Source of the DNA: Treponema sp. OMZ 838
Lineage (GTDB): Bacteria; Spirochaetota; Spirochaetia; Treponematales; Treponemataceae
Direction of reading: 5' to 3'
Assembly: GCF_000775995.1 (NCBI RefSeq)
Contig: NZ_CP009227.1
Span: 1,902,296-1,966,295 of the forward strand
Length of the DNA stretch: 64,000 nt
The position numbers were made by a program, and so were the translations under genes. Under the pieces are notes generated by a model. It had not been told where the DNA came from. It was given only the letters and a program-made list of their open reading frames with translations, and did no database searches. The number at the start of each line of letters is the position of its first letter. The stretch's first letter is position 1. Shown one piece after another: positions 57,762 through 64,000 of this stretch.

Positions 57762-58155
57762 TACTCCAATTGTGTAATAACCCCGACATCAACATTGAGC
57801 CCGCGGATTTTCAGTGCATTAAAAATGATATTTTCCACATCTACTGAATATTTTTGCGTAAAAGCGCAAAAAATTCCAGTAGATGTTTTGCTTATTCTAT
57901 AAAATCTTTCCCATTTTGTCTCTTTTCTTTCTCAATAAGGCTGAAAAAAAGCCGAAAATCATAAAGACGAACGTTTATTTTCAGCCGTTGAAATAGCGCG
58001 GCTGAAAAACACTGCGAGTTTGCTTTCGCAAACGTCGTAGATTATATGTGCGCTTTTCGCGCACGAATGCAACAGTTTCCAAAGTTGATACTTTGTTCAA
58101 CTGTTGCATTTTAAGGAAAGTTTATCTATATAGAGGCAAATTGGAGGTTCAATAC

Positions 58156-59487
58156 ATGCAAGCACTTGATGTCCAGAACGATATGCAGCCGGTCAATTAC
58201 ACGGATGCGGTACAGTCAAGTAATCAGGATAAAAAAAATGCAAAAGAACCTGATGTGAAGGGCTCATCCTTTATTGATATAATAAAAAAGCTGATGGCGG
58301 AGGAGACCGACAGCCGTACTGCGGGAGAAGAAAAAATATCCGGCAGCACCGCATTGGCTCAAGAGGCGTCGGAACAGACTGAGCGTAAAAAAAATGCTGC
58401 GGCGCAAACCGAATTATCCCGGTTAAAGAACAAAGCCGGGAAACACAGCGATATGCGCGCACAACACCTTGCCGAAGCAGATGCACGGGAAGGGGAAGCT
58501 GCCGAAGCGCTTGCAGACGCGGACGTTTTGCTTGCCTTTGAAGACGGGATCGATGTAAAGAATGCGCTTGAAAACGGCGCGGATAAGCAGCTTCAAACTT
58601 CGATGTTTGCTCAAGCGGAGACGGATGCCGTGCCTGAGGGAGCCGCTTTACTGTCTGCCGAAGAAGCTCAACTGTTAAAAAAGCAGAAAAACGGCAAAGC
58701 GGAATCCGGCATGGCTGTAGGTATATCGGCTTCCGGTACGGCAGAGCTGCCCGGAAAGCTGAAGAAAAATGCCGATGAGCCCGCCGCGGATCGTTCTCTC
58801 GAAAAAAGCACAAAAGCGCAGCAGGTAAAACAGCACAAGCCGGTGTTTACCATTATAGATGAACGCACGGTGAATGCCGCTCCGGTTGTTGCGGACGGTT
58901 CCGTACACGAAGCGGGCGCCGCCGTGCGGGTTACCAATGCGCCGTCGGTTGATATGGCGGCGGACTTCCGCAGTATGACGGCAGGTTTGGGCACCGCTGC
59001 AAACGGTACGCAGACAACACAGGAGAGCGGCGCACCGAGTTTTGCGTCGTTGGTGGCGCAGCAGGTGCAGGATATGGCACCCGACTTTGTGCAGGCAGGA
59101 CGGATTGTGCTGCAGGATAACAACGCAGGCGTCATCCGCTTGCAGATGCAGCCCGCGCATCTCGGCAATGTCAGAATCAATTTGGAATTGGCCGGCGGGA
59201 AGAAAATCGTCGGGAAGATTATCACGGGATCAAAAGAAGCGTACGAAGCGTTTAAAGAAAGCATCGAACAGCTTGCCAAGGCCTTTGAACAGGGCGGATT
59301 CGCAAGTGCGCAATTTGATGTCAGCTGGTCGGGCGAAGGCGGCGGGCAATTTGATGGTGAGAACGGTCAATTTAATGAATTATTTGCACAAAATGACCGG
59401 CTTGAGGTAATGCAGGGTAATCGTTATGCCGATACTGAAACTGTCTATGCCTTCGGGCAAGATCAAGCGGTGAATGTATTTGCGTAA
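58156..59487 (+). CDS. fliK: flagellar hook-length control protein FliK (spirochete Tap1-like)
   Basis: C-terminal Flg_hook domain (RLQMQPAHLGNVRINLELAGGKKIVGKII), Ala/Glu-rich central region, first gene of the flgE operon. Start at MQALDV after a GGAGG RBS; the listed ORF starts upstream at 58048. Confidence 0.7.
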   Translation: MQALDVQNDMQPVNYTDAVQSSNQDKKNAKEPDVKGSSFIDIIKKLMAEETDSRTAGEEKISGSTALAQEASEQTERKKNAAAQTELSRLKNKAGKHSDMRAQHLAEADAREGEAAEALADADVLLAFEDGIDVKNALENGADKQLQTSMFAQAETDAVPEGAALLSAEEAQLLKKQKNGKAESGMAVGISASGTAELPGKLKKNADEPAADRSLEKSTKAQQVKQHKPVFTIIDERTVNAAPVVADGSVHEAGAAVRVTNAPSVDMAADFRSMTAGLGTAANGTQTTQESGAPSFASLVAQQVQDMAPDFVQAGRIVLQDNNAGVIRLQMQPAHLGNVRINLELAGGKKIVGKIITGSKEAYEAFKESIEQLAKAFEQGGFASAQFDVSWSGEGGGQFDGENGQFNELFAQNDRLEVMQGNRYADTETVYAFGQDQAVNVFA

Positions 59488-59505
59488 AATGGGGGATAAA
59501 GAGAT

Positions 59506-59985
59506 ATGAATATCGGTATGGTAGCGCAGGGAAACGGAATTCCGATGCCTTCTTTTGACATGAGTCCGGAAGAAAAAGCCCGGCTCAACATGGAAGTAGA
59601 CACAATCAATAAACAGAATTTTCCGGAAGGGAGAAAGCCGAAGCAGGAGCTGGGAAAGGACGATTTTCTCCAGTTGCTCGTAGCACAGCTGACTCATCAA
59701 GATCCTACCAGCCCGATGGAAGATACTCAGTTTGTCGCTCAGATGGCACAGTTTACGTCGCTTGAGCAGCTGACGAATATGAACCAGAGCTTCGGAACCT
59801 TGAACAGACTGATCGGAGATTCTTCGGCGGTTAATGTGGTCGGTAAGCAGGTTGATATCCAACAGAGCAGCGGTACCGTTTCGGGAACCATTACGGCTGC
59901 GACCCGCGGAGAAAACCCGCAGGTACAGGTTAACGGCAAATGGTATGCATGGTCGGACGTACAAACCGTCTATGCAAATAACTAA
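59506..59985 (+). CDS. flgD: flagellar hook assembly/capping protein FlgD
   Basis: FlgD N-terminal motif [37 protein letters not shown]. Confidence 0.9.
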   Translation: MNIGMVAQGNGIPMPSFDMSPEEKARLNMEVDTINKQNFPEGRKPKQELGKDDFLQLLVAQLTHQDPTSPMEDTQFVAQMAQFTSLEQLTNMNQSFGTLNRLIGDSSAVNVVGKQVDIQQSSGTVSGTITAATRGENPQVQVNGKWYAWSDVQTVYANN

Positions 59986-60008
59986 GATATAATAGAGGAG
60001 ATACAGAT

Positions 60009-61400
60009 ATGATGCGGTCATTATTTTCCGGCGTTTCCGGAATGCAGAATCACCAAACCAGAATGGATGTTATCGGTAACAATATTGCAAACGTGAATAC
60101 CACAGGCTTTAAGCGCGGACGGGTTAATTTTCAGGATTTGATTTCTCAGCAGTTGAGCGGCGCTTCCCGTCCGAACGAAGAAGTCGGCGGCGTGAACCCG
60201 AAAGAAGTCGGCCTCGGTGTTATGGTTGCCAGCATCGACACCGTGCATACGCAGGGCGCTTTGCAGTCAACCGGCATCAATACCGATATCGCGGTGCAGG
60301 GAAACGGTTTCTTCGTACTCAAGTCGGGTGAAAAGAGCTTTTATACTCGCGCCGGTGCCTTCGGTGTCGATAAAGACGGCACGATGGTGAACCCCGCAAA
60401 CGGTATGCGTGTTCAGGGCTGGATGGCGCAGGAAGTAGACGGTACCCGCCTTATCAACACCTCCGCACAGACGGAAGATCTCATCATTCCGATTGGGCAG
60501 AAGATCGATGCCCGTGCAACCACATCGGTGAACTATGCCTGTAACCTCGACAAGCGGCTTCCGGAACTTCCCGAAAATGCGAACCGCGCGCAAGTGCTGG
60601 AATCGACATGGACAACCGAGTTCAAAGTATACGATACTTTCGGCGAAACCCATGAACTTAATTTAAGCTTTTCGCGCGTCCCGGGCACACAGAACCAGTG
60701 GCTCGCGACGGTCAATGTTGACCCTGAAAACGCAGAAGCAACGGCAACGCGCACGGGCGTCGGTACTACCGAAGGCACCGGTAACACGTTTACCGTTACC
60801 TTCGACAACTACGGACACCTTGCTTCGGTTACCGATACGGCAGGAAATGCCTCCGCCGCAGCAGGACAAGTACTTGTGCAGGTTTCCTATAATGTTCCCG
60901 GTGCAACAGCCGGTGAAGACGGTGCTCCTGTCCGCCACACCTTTGATATTAACTTAGGTGAGATCGGTACTTCCCGCAATACGATTACACAGTTTGCGGA
61001 ACGCAGCACAACGAAAGCATACGAACAGGACGGATACGCAATGGGCTATCTTGAAAACTTTAAGATTGACCAGAGCGGTATTATCACCGGTGTGTATTCC
61101 AACGGCGTAAGCAACGAGATCGGTCAGCTTGCGATGGCAGGCTTTGCAAACCAGGGCGGCTTGGAAAAAGCAGGTGAAAATACCTATATTCAGTCGAATA
61201 ACTCCGGTATTGCGAATATCACCACATCGGGTGTTATGGGAAAGGGTAAACTGATTGCCGGTACCCTCGAAATGAGTAATGTCGATTTAACCGATCAGTT
61301 TACCGACATGATTATTACACAGCGCGGGTTCCAAGCAGGGGCAAAAACCATTCAAACGTCCGATACAATGCTTGAAACCGTATTGAATTTGAAGCGGTAA
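60009..61400 (+). CDS. flgE: flagellar hook protein FlgE
   Basis: N-terminus [35 protein letters not shown] and C-terminal flagellar rod/hook domain; closely matches spirochete FlgE. Confidence 0.95.
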   Translation: MMRSLFSGVSGMQNHQTRMDVIGNNIANVNTTGFKRGRVNFQDLISQQLSGASRPNEEVGGVNPKEVGLGVMVASIDTVHTQGALQSTGINTDIAVQGNGFFVLKSGEKSFYTRAGAFGVDKDGTMVNPANGMRVQGWMAQEVDGTRLINTSAQTEDLIIPIGQKIDARATTSVNYACNLDKRLPELPENANRAQVLESTWTTEFKVYDTFGETHELNLSFSRVPGTQNQWLATVNVDPENAEATATRTGVGTTEGTGNTFTVTFDNYGHLASVTDTAGNASAAAGQVLVQVSYNVPGATAGEDGAPVRHTFDINLGEIGTSRNTITQFAERSTTKAYEQDGYAMGYLENFKIDQSGIITGVYSNGVSNEIGQLAMAGFANQGGLEKAGENTYIQSNNSGIANITTSGVMGKGKLIAGTLEMSNVDLTDQFTDMIITQRGFQAGAKTIQTSDTMLETVLNLKR

Positions 61401-61423
61401 TAAGGTAATATAAAGGATACATT

Positions 61424-61621
61424 ATGGTAAAGGTTACGCGGCTTAACGGTACACAGTATTGGATAAATCCCCATCAGATTGAAACGATAGACTGTAACCC
61501 CGATGTAACGTTGCATATGCTGTCGGGCAAGAGTTTTGTGATAAAAGAAACACCCGAAGCCTTGATCGATGCTATTGTCGCGTACCGCAAATGTATCGGT
61601 ATCTTTAAAAACGAAATGTAA
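61424..61621 (+). CDS. flbD: flagellar protein FlbD
   Basis: 65-aa FlbD family protein (MVKVTRLNGTQYWINPHQIETI) between flgE and motA, as in spirochetes and Bacillus. Confidence 0.85.
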   Translation: MVKVTRLNGTQYWINPHQIETIDCNPDVTLHMLSGKSFVIKETPEALIDAIVAYRKCIGIFKNEM

Positions 61622-61638
61622 GGGAGCTGTCTTAAGTT

Positions 61639-62418
61639 ATGGATATAGCATCATTTATAGGTATATTCGGCGGTATTGCTATCGTTCTGTTCGGAGCTTT
61701 CATGGGAAGCTCGTTGGGCGGACTTATCGACGTTCCTTCGATGTTCATCACGATCGGCGGTTCGTATATGTGTTTGTTCTTAACCTATCCGCTTTCTTAT
61801 GTTATCGGTGTTTTCAAGGTTATGGGCAGGGTGTTCAAAGTTGCCGATTATAAAGAAAAAGAAATGGTGCAAAAATTGGTCGCCTTGTCAGAAAAAAGCC
61901 GCCGTACCGGTCTTTTAGCTCTGGAAGAAGAAATTCAAGATTTTGAAGATGATTTTCTCCGTACCGGATTACGCAATGTTATCGACGGTATCGACGGGGC
62001 TGCTATCCGTGTGTCGATGGAAAACGAATTAACACAGATGGAAGAGCGGCATAACAAATGGATTTCGTTGGTAAACGCATGGGCAACCCTCGCACCGGGC
62101 TTTGGAATGTTGGGAACGGTTATCGGTCTTATCGGTATGTTGCTGAACATCGAAGATAAGAGTTCATTAGGTCCAAACATGGCTGTTGCATTGGTTACGA
62201 CGTTCTACGGTTCTATGATGGCAAACTGGATGCTTATTCCGATAGCGTCAAAGCTTGCTTATCAGAATAATCTGGAGGTACGGTCAAAGGAAATGATTAT
62301 CGAGGGTATCCTTGGTATTCAATCGGGCGATCACCCGCGTATCCTTGCGCAGCGTTTGCTGACGTATCTTGATCCTAAAGACCGAAAGGTTTTGGAATCC
62401 GAGCTTGTAAGGGATTAG
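61639..62418 (+). CDS. motA: flagellar motor stator protein MotA
   Basis: MotA/TolQ/ExbB channel family with four TM segments and a conserved C-terminal TM3-4 region. Confidence 0.95.
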   Translation: MDIASFIGIFGGIAIVLFGAFMGSSLGGLIDVPSMFITIGGSYMCLFLTYPLSYVIGVFKVMGRVFKVADYKEKEMVQKLVALSEKSRRTGLLALEEEIQDFEDDFLRTGLRNVIDGIDGAAIRVSMENELTQMEERHNKWISLVNAWATLAPGFGMLGTVIGLIGMLLNIEDKSSLGPNMAVALVTTFYGSMMANWMLIPIASKLAYQNNLEVRSKEMIIEGILGIQSGDHPRILAQRLLTYLDPKDRKVLESELVRD

Positions 62419-62421
62419 TTC

Positions 62422-63138
62422 ATGGCACGGAAAAAGAAAGGCGCGAGCGCTCCCGGCAGCGGATGGCTCACAACGTACGGTGATATGGTTACGCTGATGC
62501 TCTGTTTCTTTGTTATGCTCTATGAACCGAGCGAAGTAGATATCACTCGGTTACAGGCGTTATCGGCATCTATCAGCGGCGACCCTACCGGCGGTTCCAT
62601 CTCGTTATCGGCGGGCAAACTTGCCGACCTCGGCAATACCATCAGTTCAATGCCGTCTATGGAAAAAGGGAAGATGCTCGGAACCGCCTTAAAAAAGGCT
62701 GTTTCGATTTTTACGCCCGAAATAAAGACGACTAAGATTGCTGTTACGAGCGATGAACGCGGTATTGTGATTTCACTTATAGCTGAGTCTTTTTTTGCCC
62801 GGAACAGTGCAGAGCTAAATATCGAAGAAAGCCGCGAAACATTATTGAAAATTGCGCAGTTTTTATCCGATAAAGAATTAGCGGCTCGCCGTTTCCGTAT
62901 TGAAGGACACACCGATTCAAGCGATGCGCTTGCGGGAAAGTGGACAAGCAACTGGGAACTGTCGGCTGCCCGTGCAATCAGCGTATTGCACAATTTGACT
63001 GACTTTGGTGTGCAGGAAGATAAGTTTTCCATTGCCGGCTATGCAGATACTCGTCCTGTCTATTCCAACGAGACTGCAGAAGAACGTGCATATAATAGAC
63101 GGGTTGATATTATCATTTTGGATGATGCACATTTTTAG
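62422..63138 (+). CDS. motB: flagellar motor protein MotB
   Basis: N-terminal TM with the conserved Asp ([12 protein letters not shown]) and a C-terminal OmpA-like peptidoglycan-binding domain (NRRVDI). Confidence 0.9.
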   Translation: MARKKKGASAPGSGWLTTYGDMVTLMLCFFVMLYEPSEVDITRLQALSASISGDPTGGSISLSAGKLADLGNTISSMPSMEKGKMLGTALKKAVSIFTPEIKTTKIAVTSDERGIVISLIAESFFARNSAELNIEESRETLLKIAQFLSDKELAARRFRIEGHTDSSDALAGKWTSNWELSAARAISVLHNLTDFGVQEDKFSIAGYADTRPVYSNETAEERAYNRRVDIIILDDAHF

Positions 63139-63180
63139 TGCTTCCCTAAAGATTTACTTGAAGAGAGAGGAGTAACCACA

Positions 63181-63732
63181 ATGGCTGACGAGCATACAAA
63201 TTTGACTGATGAACACGGAATGGATGAAAACATCGGTGTCGATAATCCGGTAAAGGCTAAAAAAGCGGGGCTTATTCCGACGCTTCTGAAATACATTGCC
63301 ATCACACTCGCTGCTTTGATTTTTATTGTGACGGTTGTCGTTATTACGGTTAATCTGATGTCAAAGCGGGGGCAATCTCAGTCCGAATATCCTATTGCTG
63401 AGGAATACCGCGACTCACGCGAAATGCTGCAATATTATTCTGCAATCGGTGCTGTAAAGACATTTACCAAAGATGTCGTGCCGGGTACCGTTGTGGTTAA
63501 CGTCGAGCTGGGATATCCGCAAAACGATAAGACAACTTCGCAGGAACTGACAGCGCGGTTGGTTGAGTTGAAGGATTTTCTCCGTGGTTATTTCCAGAGT
63601 AAAACGATTGCGGAACTGAAGCAGGAAGAGAAGATTAAAATCGAAATCCGTAATCAAATCAATGACAATATACTATCGAAGTCGAAGATAAAAGCGGTTG
63701 CTTTTACCCAATATGATATTATAGAACAATAG
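63181..63732 (+). CDS. fliL: flagellar basal body-associated protein FliL
   Basis: Single TM, FliL-family C-terminal domain, in its conserved position after motB. Confidence 0.85.
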   Translation: MADEHTNLTDEHGMDENIGVDNPVKAKKAGLIPTLLKYIAITLAALIFIVTVVVITVNLMSKRGQSQSEYPIAEEYRDSREMLQYYSAIGAVKTFTKDVVPGTVVVNVELGYPQNDKTTSQELTARLVELKDFLRGYFQSKTIAELKQEEKIKIEIRNQINDNILSKSKIKAVAFTQYDIIEQ

Positions 63733-63739
63733 GGATTGT

Positions 63740-63960
63740 ATGACTGAAGTATTATCGCAGGACGAAATAGACCAGCTTCTCACTGCAATCAGCTCAGGGG
63801 ATACCGAAGCGGAAGAGTTTAGACCGGTTAATGATACGCGTAAAATCAAAATTTACGATTTTAAGCGGCCGGATAAATTCTCTAAGGAGCAGATGCGTAC
63901 CGTTTCAATTATGCACGAAACCTTTGCGCGTTTGACTACCACCGCTCTTTCTGCTCAGCT
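63740..63960 (+). CDS. fliM: flagellar motor switch protein FliM (N-terminal fragment, runs off the window)
   Basis: N-terminus MTEVLSQDEIDQLLTAIS, the CheY-P binding motif of FliM. Confidence 0.85.
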
Positions 63961-64000
63961 GCGGAGTATGGCGCACGTACACGTTGCCTCTGTCGATCAG

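Noticed and set aside
57900-58048. Sigma28-type promoter upstream of fliK (GCCGAAAA near 57945-57952)
   Set aside because: The -10-like GCCGAAAA is present, but no TAAA lies at the correct 15-bp spacing. There is not enough to call a promoter.

Overview
The window is probably a spirochete chromosome segment, most consistent with Treponema at about 50% GC. The evidence is the fliK-flgD-flgE-flbD-motA-motB-fliL-fliM hook/motor operon at 58.1-64 kb, an IdeS/dentipain-like protease and tandem FlaA-like genes. The core genes run as follows: rsuA, an FMN TIM-barrel protein, the phnDCEE phosphonate ABC operon, deoD, recQ with two small downstream genes, pepF, an IdeS-family lipoprotein, hemerythrin, a maltodextrin locus (pullulanase, malE-like binding protein, GH13 neopullulanase, malFG), an MCP C-terminal remnant, an SPFH-uvrD operon, an iron-containing ADH, rpiB, and a TetR regulator with a heterodimeric ABC exporter. 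From about 42.3 to 54-58 kb there is a low-GC (about 33-45%) accessory island. It carries an asdA-aspT aspartate decarboxylase/antiporter module, a frameshifted ISL3 transposase truncated by an IS481-like element, gene fragments, esterases, a DUF1722/DenV-like UV-repair pair, a CPBP protease, a macro-domain protein and several hypotheticals. The most unusual material is non-coding. (1) A multi-copy family of hairpin-dense intergenic repeats whose stems carry compensatory substitutions, at about 14.9-15.4 kb, 25.6-25.8 kb and 28.6-29.0 kb. (2) A 146-nt near-perfect long hairpin. (3) A REP-like terminator hairpin family with a conserved loop. (4) A roughly 150-bp direct-repeat pair bracketing a GNAT-AAA ATPase cassette with a 6 x 22-23 bp iteron-like array, whose 30-bp end motif recurs exactly at the island boundary. 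(5) A second roughly 137-bp direct-repeat pair bracketing two small membrane-protein genes. I found no CRISPR array and no rRNA. The only tRNA-like signal is a T-arm/acceptor fragment inside a 1-kb ORF-free gap. No searches were run; every call rests on motifs recognised by eye.
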